Program-made: the position numbers and the translations under genes
The notes under the pieces: generated by a model
Told to the model about the DNA's origin: nothing
The model's database searches: none
The model's input: the letters and a program-made list of their open reading frames with translations, nothing else
In this document: piece by piece, positions 16,211 through 26,167 of the stretch
How positions within the stretch are numbered: position 1 is the first letter of the stretch
How the letters are laid out: every line of letters starts with the position of its first letter
DNA from: Alteromonas sp.
GTDB lineage: Bacteria > Margulisbacteria > Marinamargulisbacteria > UBA6595
Direction of reading: 5' to 3'
Assembly: GCA_964220215.1 (NCBI GenBank)
Contig: CAXPTH010000022.1
Location: 194 to 64,193 of the forward strand
Length of the DNA stretch: 64,000 nt

Positions 16211-18256
16211 ATGCTTTGGGCCCAGACCGTTCAGGCCCTACCCGGTGTCAGCCGTCAGTGGGTGGGTGTATTGGCTCGAATGGGTATTCACACGGTTTGG
16301 GACCTGATCCATTATTTTCCGCTATATCATGAAGATCGGGCGCAGTTGCCCAGTATCCGGTCCGTAGCGATTGACCTGCCCTTGGATACAACGGTGTCGG
16401 TGTGGGGGACTATGGCGGCCATTGAGCATGGGGATGCCGTGAGTCGAGTACAGGTGAGCGATGCCACCGGCCACGTGGGGGCGTTGTGGTTTCGGCAACC
16501 GCATGTTCGGCGGTTGTTTCGTTCCGGGCAACGGGTGTATGTATCGGGGAAACTGCAGTGGGATGAGCGCCACGGTATGCGGGTGATTCATGTGTCTGAT
16601 TATGAGTTGGTTACCGGGCATACCCCCACGGGCCTTACGCCGATGTACGCATTGGTTAAAGGCATGAATCAGCGCAAGCTTCGGCAAATTATTACTGCTA
16701 GTTTTTCAGTTATATCTGAACCGGAGTATTTGCCTCCGGGGCATGTCCAGGCCTACATGCGCTGGGCTGAAGCCGTGAAGGCCATGCATTTCCCCAAACA
16801 ATTGACGGACTATCACCAGGCCCGGGACCGCTTGGCGTTTGATGAGTGGTTGTGGTTTCAAGTGGCGACGCAGTATCAAAAGCGGCAGAAGCAGGCCGCT
16901 CAAATTAGCGAGCCGTTGCAGGCAAGTGGGCGGTTATTTCGGGATTATTGCAATCGGTTGCCCTATACCTTAACGGGTGCTCAGCAGCGAGTGATCGCCG
17001 CTATTCAAGCGGATATCCAACGGAATTTTCCCATGAACCGATTGGTGCAAGGGGATGTGGGGTGTGGCAAAACGGATGTCGCCGTGGCAGCGTTGCTGAT
17101 GGCGGTTGAGTCGGGAAAAAAGGGCGTATTGATGGCGCCAACCGATGTGCTAGCCACGCAGCACTATGTGAAATTAAGCCAATTGTTAGCCCCCATTGGG
17201 GTTTCGGTGGTGTGCTTAAAAGGTGCGCTATCCGCTCAGGCCCGTCGGGAGACTTTGGCGCAGTTGGCGCAGGATACCCCATTAATTGTGGTGGGCACAC
17301 AGGCCTTGGTTCAAGCGTCCGTAGTGATGCGTCAGGTGGGGCTTATTGTGGTGGATGAGCAGCACCGATTTGGGGTATTGCAGCGACTGGCCTTGCAGGA
17401 CAAAGGGCACATGCCTCATGCGTTGTACATGACGGCGACGCCGATTCCACGGTCGTTGGTGCTGACGCTGTACCGAGACTTGGATCACAGCGTCATTGAT
17501 GAAAAGCCGCCCAATCGCCAAGACTGTGACACTGTGTATGTGCATACACGCAATGCCCAGAAGGTCTTGGATTATTGTGCGCGCAATGCAGCCGGGGGTC
17601 GCCAAGTGTATGTGGTGTATCCGGTGATCGAGGAATCGGAATCCCATGATCTCAAGGCCGCTACCGCCGAATACCAGCGGTTGTGCGATACGGTGTTTGC
17701 ATCGGTTCGGGTGGGGTTGTTGCATGGTCGGCTATCGGTCAGTGAAAAGCAGACCATTATGGCGGCATTTAAAGCGGGAGACTTGGATGTGTTAATCAGT
17801 ACAACGGTCATTGAAGTGGGGGTGGATGTGCCCAATGCCAGTATTATGGTTATTTATCATGCGGAGCGATTTGGGTTGTCATCGTTGCATCAATTGCGGG
17901 GTCGGGTGGGCCGAGGCAGCGATGCAGCAACGTGTTTTTTAGTGGCCAATCCCAAAAGTGCATCCGCAAAGCAGCGTATCAAGGCCATGGTGGACACATC
18001 GGATGGCTTTGAAATCGCCCAGCGGGATTTAACCATTCGGGGGGGTGGCGATGTGTTGGGGACCCGTCAGTCGGGTATCAGTGCCTTGTTTCGCCTTGCG
18101 GATATGCAGCAGGATGACCCCATTCGGGAGGATGCGGGTCGTGTGTCAGATGCCATTCTGGCCGAAGATCCAGCGTTGACCAGTGATCGCTATGCGGCAC
18201 TCAAGCAACGCCTGGAGTATCAGTTTGATGCACTGCTGTATAATCAGTTGAATTAA
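16211..18256 (+). CDS. recG: ATP-dependent DNA helicase RecG
   Basis: 681 aa; wedge/OB N-terminus; Walker A GDVGCGKT; DEQHRFG; QLRGRVGRG. Confidence 0.95.
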   Translation: MLWAQTVQALPGVSRQWVGVLARMGIHTVWDLIHYFPLYHEDRAQLPSIRSVAIDLPLDTTVSVWGTMAAIEHGDAVSRVQVSDATGHVGALWFRQPHVRRLFRSGQRVYVSGKLQWDERHGMRVIHVSDYELVTGHTPTGLTPMYALVKGMNQRKLRQIITASFSVISEPEYLPPGHVQAYMRWAEAVKAMHFPKQLTDYHQARDRLAFDEWLWFQVATQYQKRQKQAAQISEPLQASGRLFRDYCNRLPYTLTGAQQRVIAAIQADIQRNFPMNRLVQGDVGCGKTDVAVAALLMAVESGKKGVLMAPTDVLATQHYVKLSQLLAPIGVSVVCLKGALSAQARRETLAQLAQDTPLIVVGTQALVQASVVMRQVGLIVVDEQHRFGVLQRLALQDKGHMPHALYMTATPIPRSLVLTLYRDLDHSVIDEKPPNRQDCDTVYVHTRNAQKVLDYCARNAAGGRQVYVVYPVIEESESHDLKAATAEYQRLCDTVFASVRVGLLHGRLSVSEKQTIMAAFKAGDLDVLISTTVIEVGVDVPNASIMVIYHAERFGLSSLHQLRGRVGRGSDAATCFLVANPKSASAKQRIKAMVDTSDGFEIAQRDLTIRGGGDVLGTRQSGISALFRLADMQQDDPIREDAGRVSDAILAEDPALTSDRYAALKQRLEYQFDALLYNQLN

Positions 18257-18319
18257 ACGTCGCCGTGTCGATTAATTTGATAAAACCCAAAGGGTGTGTG
18301 ACAATACAGAGAATCGTTT

Positions 18320-18847
18320 ATGACATACATTGTGGCCGGCAAATTTAAAAAACGAAAGCTAGTTCAGGGAAAAAACCCACGCGTTCGTCCCACCAAACAC
18401 GTGGTTCGCGAAGGTATTTTCAGCGCTTTGGGGGCCATGGATGGCCTGCATTTTTTAGATTTGTGTGCGGGTGTCGGTGCCGTTGGATGTGAGGCGTTGT
18501 CTCGGGGGGCCGAGCGAGTCGTATTGGTGGATGTGGATACCACAGATCTGACTCGGGTAGCGGACTTGTTTCCCCATGAGCCGCTACACATCGTGCGCCA
18601 ATCCGCGCAACGCTATCTTCAGCAAAGTTCAGAAAAATTTGATATTATTTATGTGGACCCTCCCTGGGATCAACCCCATCTTTATGCAGCCATTATGACA
18701 CAATTGGAAACCCATGATTGCATACAGCCCAATGGCCGACTCGTTGTTGAGGCAACCAAACGGTTTGAGTTCCCTGTAGTTTATGGACAACCGCCCCAGC
18801 GCATATACCGCTATGGACAAACCGTGGTGGGGGTGTATCAACGATGA
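18320..18847 (+). CDS. rsmD: 16S rRNA (guanine966-N2)-methyltransferase RsmD
   Basis: 175 aa; LDLCAGVGAVG SAM motif; VDPPW catalytic motif. Confidence 0.88.
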   Translation: MTYIVAGKFKKRKLVQGKNPRVRPTKHVVREGIFSALGAMDGLHFLDLCAGVGAVGCEALSRGAERVVLVDVDTTDLTRVADLFPHEPLHIVRQSAQRYLQQSSEKFDIIYVDPPWDQPHLYAAIMTQLETHDCIQPNGRLVVEATKRFEFPVVYGQPPQRIYRYGQTVVGVYQR

Positions 18848-19311
18848 GCATTGCGATTTACGCCGGTAGTTTTGACCCCATTACCAACGGACACGTGGAC
18901 ATTGTCATGCGTGCCAATCAGGTGTTTGAGCGCATTGTGGTGTTGGTGATGCAGCATTCTCAAAAAACGGGTTGGTTATCGTTGGAGCAGCGCGTGGCGT
19001 TGGTTCAGGAAACGTTTTCAGATCACCCCAGTATTACGGTAGAAACGGCTTCGGGCTTGTTGGCGCATTATGCCCAAAAACGGGGGATTCAAACGCTAAT
19101 TCGGGGGCTTCGGGCTGTATCGGATTTTGATTATGAAGCCCAAATGGCCCTGGCCAATCGGGATATCTGCCCGGGCCTGGATACCGTGTTTTTTATGACC
19201 AGCAAAGAGTACGCCTATCTCAGTTCCAGCGTGGTTCGTGAGATGGTTCAGCACCAAGCGAGCGTTGCCCACTTGGTTCCAGCGCCGGTACAGGGTATGA
19301 TAGAGTCATGA
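18844..19311 (+). CDS. coaD: Phosphopantetheine adenylyltransferase
   Basis: AIYAGSFDPITNGHVDI (T/HxGH motif); ISSSVVRE; 155 aa. Confidence 0.95.
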   Translation: MSIAIYAGSFDPITNGHVDIVMRANQVFERIVVLVMQHSQKTGWLSLEQRVALVQETFSDHPSITVETASGLLAHYAQKRGIQTLIRGLRAVSDFDYEAQMALANRDICPGLDTVFFMTSKEYAYLSSSVVREMVQHQASVAHLVPAPVQGMIES

Positions 19312-19673
19312 ACAAAGCCACGGTGTTGGGTATGTTGGATGCCTTGGAAACAATGGTCTTAGATGGCCGATCCATTCCGTTGACCGATTATGTTGTGTGC
19401 GATACCAAAAAAGTATTGATGCTGGTGTCTCAGTTGCGGACCAATATTCAGCAACTGCCCGATGAAACATTGCCCACAGAGACCACGGAAACGCAATCCA
19501 CAGCCACTAAAATTCGCCAAGAGGCCAATGCCTATGCGGACCAAGTGCTGTCTAAATTGTTGTTGGTTGTCACAAAAGTTCAAAAGCATGTTGTGGGCAT
19601 GGAGCGAACATTAGAAACCAGTCGAGAGTTGTTGCATGAGCAGGAGGATCATCATGAATCGAAAGAATCGTAG
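19308..19673 (+). CDS. Small helical protein of unknown function
   Basis: 121-aa ORF coupled to coaD by a 4-nt overlap. Acidic Thr/Glu-rich centre; no motif recognised. Confidence 0.45.
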   Translation: MNKATVLGMLDALETMVLDGRSIPLTDYVVCDTKKVLMLVSQLRTNIQQLPDETLPTETTETQSTATKIRQEANAYADQVLSKLLLVVTKVQKHVVGMERTLETSRELLHEQEDHHESKES

Positions 19674-20361
19674 TTGGGATGCGTTGCGGCCCACTCATAT
19701 TCAACGCAATTATTTAAGTCAGGCCGATGCATCTGTGTTGGTGGCGTATGGCAATACGACGGTCTTGTGCACGGCCAGTATTGAAGAGTCCGTGCCGGGT
19801 TTTTTGCGTGGGCAAGGCCAAGGCTGGGTGACGGCGGAATACGCCATGTTGCCCGGTGCCACCCGCCCACGATCTCGGCGGGAGTCCAAATCGGGCAAAC
19901 AAACGGGCCGAACCCAGGAAATACAACGCTTGATTGGACGCGCCTTGCGCTCCGTGGTGGATATGCACCTGTTGGGCGAGATTAGTATTGTGATTGATGC
20001 GGATGTGCTTCAAGCCGATGGCGGTACCCGGACGGCGGCCATTACGGGCGGCATGATTGCTTTGTCAGATAGTATTCAGCATTGCTTAGCGAATAACATG
20101 ATTCGTAAAAATCCCATTCGGGAATGGTTGGCAGCGGTTAGTGTGGGGATGCAGGATGGCCAGGTGTTGCTGGATCTGGATTATGAGGAAGATGCAATCG
20201 CTGATGTGGATATGAATGTGGTGATGACCGAATCCGGACGGTTGGTCGAGGTTCAAGGAACGGCGGAGCATCGGGTTTTTGATCGGGGGCAGTTAAATGC
20301 AATGTTGGATGTGGCAGAATTGGGAATCAATCAACTTATTCAGCAGGCAAAACAGGGGTAG
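19654..20361 (+). CDS. rph: Ribonuclease PH
   Basis: GNTTVLCTAS, GRTQEIQRLIGRALR, ADGGTRTAAITG. Start set at the ATG at 19654, preceded by AGGAGGA (19642..19648), rather than track start 19636. Confidence 0.93.
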   Translation: MNRKNRSWDALRPTHIQRNYLSQADASVLVAYGNTTVLCTASIEESVPGFLRGQGQGWVTAEYAMLPGATRPRSRRESKSGKQTGRTQEIQRLIGRALRSVVDMHLLGEISIVIDADVLQADGGTRTAAITGGMIALSDSIQHCLANNMIRKNPIREWLAAVSVGMQDGQVLLDLDYEEDAIADVDMNVVMTESGRLVEVQGTAEHRVFDRGQLNAMLDVAELGINQLIQQAKQG

Positions 20362-20364
20362 GGG

Positions 20365-20940
20365 ATGGCAGTTACAGAATTTCGGTTTTTACAGCGGCAT
20401 TATGATATGCTGTCGGATCAAGTATTAAAAAATCATCCGAATGAAACGGGGGGCTTTTTGGGCGGTAAGGATGGAACCATTCAATTGGTGTTGCCGGTAT
20501 TTAACCAAGTCTTGGAGAATAAACAGGCCCGGTTTGGGATTCAGTCCGAGGATATTCATCGCGCGCATGAACTGTGTGCAAAATATGGCATGAAATACTA
20601 TGGCATGTATCACAACCACCCCTCCGGGGCTAATCGGCCATCGTTTCAAGATATGAATCATGTTCAGCGCTACTTATTTATTTTGACATTGAATCATCGC
20701 AATGCCTTAAAAATAACAGCCTATCGCGCGGCGGGCCGTCAGCCCATCCCGGTCCCGGTGGTTGTTGTGTCGTCTGTGGGGGCTGAACCTTCGGCGCGTT
20801 CAGACCAACCGACAGGCGTGTATGAAGAGTTGGATTATTTAAATAACCAATTGCACGGGCTTCGGACACAGTCCCTCCAATATCCGCGCTACGATGCGGA
20901 TGACCGTAGTTCCGGAACAACATTTAATACACTGGCTTAG
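20365..20940 (+). CDS. Stand-alone JAMM/MPN+ (JAB) metalloprotease-domain protein
   Basis: NETGGFLGG (catalytic Glu region) and YHNHPSGANRPSFQD (HxHx7Sx2D JAMM motif), followed by an unassigned tail of about 70 aa. Confidence 0.7.
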   Translation: MAVTEFRFLQRHYDMLSDQVLKNHPNETGGFLGGKDGTIQLVLPVFNQVLENKQARFGIQSEDIHRAHELCAKYGMKYYGMYHNHPSGANRPSFQDMNHVQRYLFILTLNHRNALKITAYRAAGRQPIPVPVVVVSSVGAEPSARSDQPTGVYEELDYLNNQLHGLRTQSLQYPRYDADDRSSGTTFNTLA

Positions 20941-20941
20941 C

Positions 20942-21847
20942 CTATAACGACGTTATCCACTCCCATTCACGGGGCGCTTGTTTGGCATCGGGGTCACGGA
21001 TGGCGTCGACTTGATTGTTGGGCTCGACTGTGTAGCCACGGGCGATAATATGGGCAATGGCGTCGTTGGGGTCCGGGGCATGGGTCTCAATCTGGCAAGC
21101 CGTTCGAAAATCCGTGCTGGCAGGTTTTTCGATGACATGCAAAGCCAACGCCCAAAGCGTATCAAAGTGTTGGTTGTTTTGATTATGGCCATGGGTAATC
21201 AAGATCCATCCATTGACCGGGGTGCTTGGGGATGGGTAAGGAATGCGAGTAACATGAATTCGACAGGTATGTAAGAAATGGCAAATTATGGGCATTAAGT
21301 CTTTCATGGCTGTATCGTCACAGAGATCCGCGTTTACGACTATTTGTAGCAGCCAAGGATCAATGGGAAGCTTAGCATTATACTGGGTGTTTAAGAGTGT
21401 GCGTTTATCGGTTACCGATAACGGTTCGATGTTGGCGCGAAGCGCAGCAATACGGGCATGGTCGAGTGGGTGATTCATGGGGTTTTTGATGTTAACGAGT
21501 GTGCAGGGAGCGTTATTGGTTTTGTAGTAGCAGGTTTGGTTTGGTCTATCAACAATAAGTATATCTGTATTCGTTAGTTTCAGTTCAATGACTGAGTTAG
21601 TTTTATGAATCGCTTCGATTTGCCCATCCCGAATCGTGTCGTCGTGTTTAAATTGAATCCAAGATCCCGCAATTAGCCAGTTGTTGTCTAGGGCTGTGTA
21701 TACAGACACAAATTGGGAGGGCCGTAATTCTTCGGCGATTTTGCGAATTGAACTAATTGTGGGAATTGTCTGGATGATTGTAAAACCCCTGGTTATGCCC
21801 CACCACAATGGTAAAATCCAAGGGCTTATTTGGACGGTCATAGACAA
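20942..21847 (-). CDS. Hypothetical protein
   Basis: 301-aa ORF with no recognised motif. The central part has lower GC than its neighbours. The first ~95 nt overlap the 3' end of the LCP gene, so the true start is uncertain. Confidence 0.4.
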   Translation of the reverse strand: MSMTVQISPWILPLWWGITRGFTIIQTIPTISSIRKIAEELRPSQFVSVYTALDNNWLIAGSWIQFKHDDTIRDGQIEAIHKTNSVIELKLTNTDILIVDRPNQTCYYKTNNAPCTLVNIKNPMNHPLDHARIAALRANIEPLSVTDKRTLLNTQYNAKLPIDPWLLQIVVNADLCDDTAMKDLMPIICHFLHTCRIHVTRIPYPSPSTPVNGWILITHGHNQNNQHFDTLWALALHVIEKPASTDFRTACQIETHAPDPNDAIAHIIARGYTVEPNNQVDAIRDPDAKQAPREWEWITSL

Positions 21848-23087
21848 TAATATTATCGGCGGAGATATGGAGCGCTGTGGCCAAGGCCATGGCTTTAGTC
21901 AGATTGCCCTTCCAGTCCACAAGCAAGGTTTCAGGGTAATTAAAGTGGGCCGCATTGTCCATGTTGGGAATATATACATGGTAGGCTTGCAGTTGGGTAG
22001 ACACGCCAGCGGCTGAACCGGCGAGGCCGTTGCCATTGAGAATTTCAACCCGTAAGCCAGCCAATACTTTGGGGTCGGCGGTATCGGTTTCATTGACCAC
22101 TTGATTTTGGTATACGCGGCTCATCTCTTTTGAGGTTAGTGTGCGCCGATTGGGGATGCTTGCACGGTCAGACGGTGTCTCTTTGAAGCCAAATAAAGTT
22201 TGTTCAATCATGTGGTCAATCGCTGCAAAATCCGGTCGCCAGTAACTGACTCCATCGACTAAAACAACCGCACCGGGAATCACAGCGGTTTCAATGGCTT
22301 TGGTTTTGGCTACGGCTAAAAAATGCATGGCTAGGCGGGTCATGGTGGATACCGGTAAATCAGTTGTAATGGCATCGCCCAATTGGGCAATTAAGCTTGG
22401 GACTCGCAGCAGTTGTGCTGGTTTTAGAAATTGCCGAATCCCCGCTCGAACAAAGGCCTGCTGGCGGCCAATTCGTCCAATATCGCCATTGGCATCTTGA
22501 CGAAATCGCAGATAGGATACCGCATCGTGCCCCATGAGAACTTGGGTTCCTTGTTTGATATTAATATCCAGTCCGCCGGCTAAATCAGAATACAGCAAAT
22601 CGGTGTCTACCGTAATTTCAATGCCGCCAATGCGGTCAATGAGTTCAGCCAGCTTGGTGCTGTCAACTTGGATGTAGTGATGAATGGGGATATTTAAAAA
22701 GTTGGAAACCGTTTGTTGCAACAAGTCGGTGCCCCCGCGTGCATAGGCATGGTTAATTTTAGAAATCCCCACATCTGGAATTTGCACGCGGGTGTCGCGT
22801 GGAATGGAAATAACACCGGTTCGGTTTCGGATGGGGTCCACATGCACGATCATGATGGAGTCGGAGCGTTGGGAATAATGATTCCGGTCAATGCCAAAGA
22901 CTAAAATATTCGTACCGTGGATCGATTGCTTGGGCATCCACGATAACAATTGCTCAATTACAACCAATTGGCTAGCCATGCCAACAATCAGACCCCCTAC
23001 AATTAGGCCCGTCAAACTGGCGCTTATACACCAGGCAAGCCCCCATAACAGGCGATGTTTGGGGAACTTAAACTGGCCGTAAATCAT
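21753..23087 (-). CDS. LytR-CpsA-Psr (LCP) family protein with a LytR_C domain
   Basis: N-terminal TM; NILVFGID...RSDSIMIVHVD...ISIPRDT; C-terminal VEILNGNGLAGSA...DFTIVVGHN. Confidence 0.85.
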   Translation of the reverse strand: MIYGQFKFPKHRLLWGLAWCISASLTGLIVGGLIVGMASQLVVIEQLLSWMPKQSIHGTNILVFGIDRNHYSQRSDSIMIVHVDPIRNRTGVISIPRDTRVQIPDVGISKINHAYARGGTDLLQQTVSNFLNIPIHHYIQVDSTKLAELIDRIGGIEITVDTDLLYSDLAGGLDINIKQGTQVLMGHDAVSYLRFRQDANGDIGRIGRQQAFVRAGIRQFLKPAQLLRVPSLIAQLGDAITTDLPVSTMTRLAMHFLAVAKTKAIETAVIPGAVVLVDGVSYWRPDFAAIDHMIEQTLFGFKETPSDRASIPNRRTLTSKEMSRVYQNQVVNETDTADPKVLAGLRVEILNGNGLAGSAAGVSTQLQAYHVYIPNMDNAAHFNYPETLLVDWKGNLTKAMALATALHISADNIIVYDRPNKPLDFTIVVGHNQGFYNHPDNSHN

Positions 23088-23092
23088 GGGGG

Positions 23093-23671
23093 TTACAGGC
23101 CAATGTTGGGCCGTTTCCGATAATCATCGAGGCAGGCTTGCGTTGCCCAGAAGCACTGATCCCCATGCTCATGAACCAACAGTTGGGCAATAATAGCCGT
23201 CGCTTTGTCTAGGTTTTCGTAGGCCGCTTTTCGGGCAACGGCATGCCATGCGCCATCGCGATTGGGTTCGCAAAAATCGGCAACAAACAACACTTGGGTT
23301 AAGGGCCGCATCCGAGCCCGTCCCGTCGTATGCCACCGCATGGCATTGAGCACTCGGGTGTTGGTTGTGATGCTTAAGGCTTGGCGGGGGCCCACCAAGG
23401 CATGCCACACCTTGGGGTAGCGGTCATACAGGGATGGGCGGCATAAATGGGGCGGAATTCCCCTTGCCGCTAGGGTTTCTGGGGTATCGTATTTGGCGTT
23501 GTCGTGCAGTAAACCGGCTAAATAGGCATCTAGGGGGTGGTCCAATTCATGGAACAGAGACAATTCATAAGCCAGTTCCGCAACGCGCCGGCTATGCTGT
23601 GCCCGTTTGTCGGGTAAGATATCTTGGATCCAGTTCCAAGCAGCGGCGTTTTTTGGATCGGTTATTGGCAT
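23093..23671 (-). CDS. yqeK: HD-domain protein YqeK (bis(5'-nucleosyl)-tetraphosphatase family)
   Basis: 192 aa; HSRRVAELA...GLLHDNAKY...HTTG pattern typical of YqeK. Confidence 0.8.
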   Translation of the reverse strand: MPITDPKNAAAWNWIQDILPDKRAQHSRRVAELAYELSLFHELDHPLDAYLAGLLHDNAKYDTPETLAARGIPPHLCRPSLYDRYPKVWHALVGPRQALSITTNTRVLNAMRWHTTGRARMRPLTQVLFVADFCEPNRDGAWHAVARKAAYENLDKATAIIAQLLVHEHGDQCFWATQACLDDYRKRPNIGL

Positions 23672-24549
23672 GGTGGTGTATGGGAGTGTTGTTGTGGATG
23701 CTTTTGTTTAAAATGCTCTTCTTTGAAAAAAATATCGGCAATAATCCGGTCAATAATGAGCCGAACGCGGTGATCCAATTCGGTGCCGGGGCTGTAGTCT
23801 GCTTTTGCCAGGTAATCAATCCGATCATCAGCGAGAAGCGCTTCGCATGCGGCATGCGTTTGGGTGTCTTTGTGTACCGCAACCGCGTAGCCCCCATTGC
23901 GACGGGCCACACTCATACACGGCACATCGGTGCTCCCATCCCCAATGTAGACAATATTTGAAAACGGGATGGGGCGTTCGGCATAAGGCATCACGTCATT
24001 GATGGGTTCTCGAACATCTTCATGCCCTTTGTTAATGCGAAATAAATATTGTGTTTTGGTGGTGTCATTCACAACAATAGTGGGAAACTTGGGCAGCCCA
24101 TCGGTGGCGCAAAAGTAATATTCGGAGCCAAACATGTTGGCAAAATGATGGCGAATAGTGATACCGTCTAAAATATCTTTTAGCCCCGCTGAAATAATAT
24201 AATGCTTAATCTGTACCCGGCCATTGGATTGGGTATGCACATAGTGATTGATGTGCTCAAACCAGACCGAAACGCCAGGAAAATAAGGAATCCCTGCTGC
24301 CAATTCTCGCAAGCGTTGCTGGGTAATTCGGCCGCCGGCTTTGGCCATTTTTTCAATGAGTAACCGCATATACGTGAGCATGGGGTCCGCTTTGAGCCGG
24401 TGGGCTTCTTCGGTGCATTCATGCCAAAAAGCCACGGGGTCTTCACCCAATTCAGGCAAAATCGTATATTCTTGCATGGCCTTGGGTGACAACGTTCCAT
24501 CAAAGTCATAGACCAACGCAATGGTGGTTTGATGAAACGGAGTATTCAT
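23662..24549 (-). CDS. HAD-superfamily hydrolase
   Basis: Motif I VYDFDGTLS; later ISAG and YIGDGSTDVPCM (motif IV). Confidence 0.8.
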   Translation of the reverse strand: MNTPFHQTTIALVYDFDGTLSPKAMQEYTILPELGEDPVAFWHECTEEAHRLKADPMLTYMRLLIEKMAKAGGRITQQRLRELAAGIPYFPGVSVWFEHINHYVHTQSNGRVQIKHYIISAGLKDILDGITIRHHFANMFGSEYYFCATDGLPKFPTIVVNDTTKTQYLFRINKGHEDVREPINDVMPYAERPIPFSNIVYIGDGSTDVPCMSVARRNGGYAVAVHKDTQTHAACEALLADDRIDYLAKADYSPGTELDHRVRLIIDRIIADIFFKEEHFKQKHPQQHSHTPPCQ

Positions 24550-24552
24550 GAT

Positions 24553-24873
24553 TTAGTACACATCCATATCGGGGTCAACATCGATTGCCCATTGGTTCAT
24601 GCCACCCGTCAGATTGTAGGTATCGGAAAATCCATACTCGGAAGCGAGCATTGCGGCCTGATGGCTGCGTCCCCCACTGCGACAAATAAAGACGGTGGGT
24701 TGGTTGGGGTCTAATTTATCCAGCTCAACATCCAGGTCACCCAAGGGAATATGCTGGCTGTTAGCAATTTGACCATAGACCAACTCATGGGCTTCGCGCA
24801 CATCAATGAGGGCCAGTGTGTCGCCATTATCCAGGCGCGACGCCAACTCAGTGGCAGACAGTTCTGTAATCAT
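24553..24873 (-). CDS. Single-domain rhodanese sulfurtransferase
   Basis: 106 aa; active-site loop FICRSGGRS. Confidence 0.88.
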   Translation of the reverse strand: MITELSATELASRLDNGDTLALIDVREAHELVYGQIANSQHIPLGDLDVELDKLDPNQPTVFICRSGGRSHQAAMLASEYGFSDTYNLTGGMNQWAIDVDPDMDVY

Positions 24874-24983
24874 TTTCTTGTTTAACTCCTAATGTTTAAT
24901 TGAACATTATTATTCACAATTACTGTATCGTGAAACGCAGTTCGGCGCAAGTTTATTGCACTGAAAGAGACAAACTAGTTTTA

Positions 24984-25622
24984 ATGCTTGTGGGTGAATC
25001 TGGTACCATGGTAAGCATGATGGTAGTCGTTGATCAACGGGATTTGTTTCAGTCAGCCGCCCAACACATGGCGTATGATACCGAGCAATTGGCTCAGCAA
25101 CCCAATTGGCGGGCGGAGTATTATCGGTGGCCCACGCCGTCGGTGACGTATACCTACAAACAAACATTGCCCGCCGAGTTGGCGGTGATTGACCATGCGC
25201 AGCGCTATACGGGTGGTGGCATGGTGTTTCATTGTCCCGGCGATATTGTGGTGTGTTGTGTGGCGGTATTGGATCATCCAGAGTTGCCCAAAAAGCTCAA
25301 AGACAAGGTATCGGTGACCCAGCAGCATATTCAAGCGGCCTTGGCGCGCTGTGGGGTTGATACCCAAGTGGAGCCGGCCCCAGGCTACCGGGATTTGGCG
25401 TTTTGTCAGGCTTATCATAGTCCGTATGAGCTGTATTATCAGGGTCAAAAAATTGTGGCGTTATCATTGCGATGCAATCGAACACATTGTTTGATCCAGG
25501 GTATTATTCATTTGCAGCCCACGCGTCGCTGGTTTTCACTGCCCAAGGGCTATGAATCGGTGGCGGTGGATCGGGTTCCCGATGTGGATGTGGATGCCTT
25601 GTTGGCTGAACTACACGCATGA
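24984..25622 (+). CDS. Biotin/lipoate A/B protein ligase family protein (LplA/LipB-like)
   Basis: RYTGGGMVFHCPGDIVV resembles the R-x-(S/T)GGG-x-V-x-H loop of lipoyl/octanoyl transferases. Start is uncertain: the track uses TTG 24900, the first in-frame ATG is 24984. Confidence 0.6.
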   Translation: MLVGESGTMVSMMVVVDQRDLFQSAAQHMAYDTEQLAQQPNWRAEYYRWPTPSVTYTYKQTLPAELAVIDHAQRYTGGGMVFHCPGDIVVCCVAVLDHPELPKKLKDKVSVTQQHIQAALARCGVDTQVEPAPGYRDLAFCQAYHSPYELYYQGQKIVALSLRCNRTHCLIQGIIHLQPTRRWFSLPKGYESVAVDRVPDVDVDALLAELHA

Positions 25623-26167
25623 TTGTGGGGATTGATGAAGCGGGGCGTGGGGCGTTGGCGGGCCCCGTTGTAGCGGCGGCTGTGGTCTTGCATACCCCGG
25701 TGCCGGGTGTGGCGGATTCTAAAGCATTAACGCCCAAGCAGCGTGCGGCTCTGTACGCAACGATTGTCCAAAACGGGACGGTGGGGGTGGGCTGGATGCA
25801 CGCTCCGATTGTGGATCGGGTAAATATTTTGCAAGCGACATTCATGGCCATGCGCCAGGCATTTGACCGATTGGCGCGGTGTGTGGATCCCATTCAGCAG
25901 GTGGTTGTGGATGGCAATCGGGTGCCCTATTTGCGCACAAACGCTCCCGTTCATGCCGTGATTCGTGGGGATCAAACCGAGGCATCCATTGCGGCAGCGT
26001 CTATTATTGCTAAAGTGGTTCGGGATCGCTATATGCAGTATTTGGATGCTCGGTTCCCCGGCTATGGGTTTATTCAGCATAAGGGCTATCCCACCCAGCG
26101 GCATCGCCGAGCCATCGGGGCTCATGGATTAGCGCCGGTTCATCGGCAATCGTTTCACCTTCAATGA
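25619..26167 (+). CDS. rnhB: Ribonuclease HII
   Basis: GIDEAGRGALAGPVV, DSK, AASIIAKV. Confidence 0.93.
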   Translation: MIVGIDEAGRGALAGPVVAAAVVLHTPVPGVADSKALTPKQRAALYATIVQNGTVGVGWMHAPIVDRVNILQATFMAMRQAFDRLARCVDPIQQVVVDGNRVPYLRTNAPVHAVIRGDQTEASIAAASIIAKVVRDRYMQYLDARFPGYGFIQHKGYPTQRHRRAIGAHGLAPVHRQSFHLQ

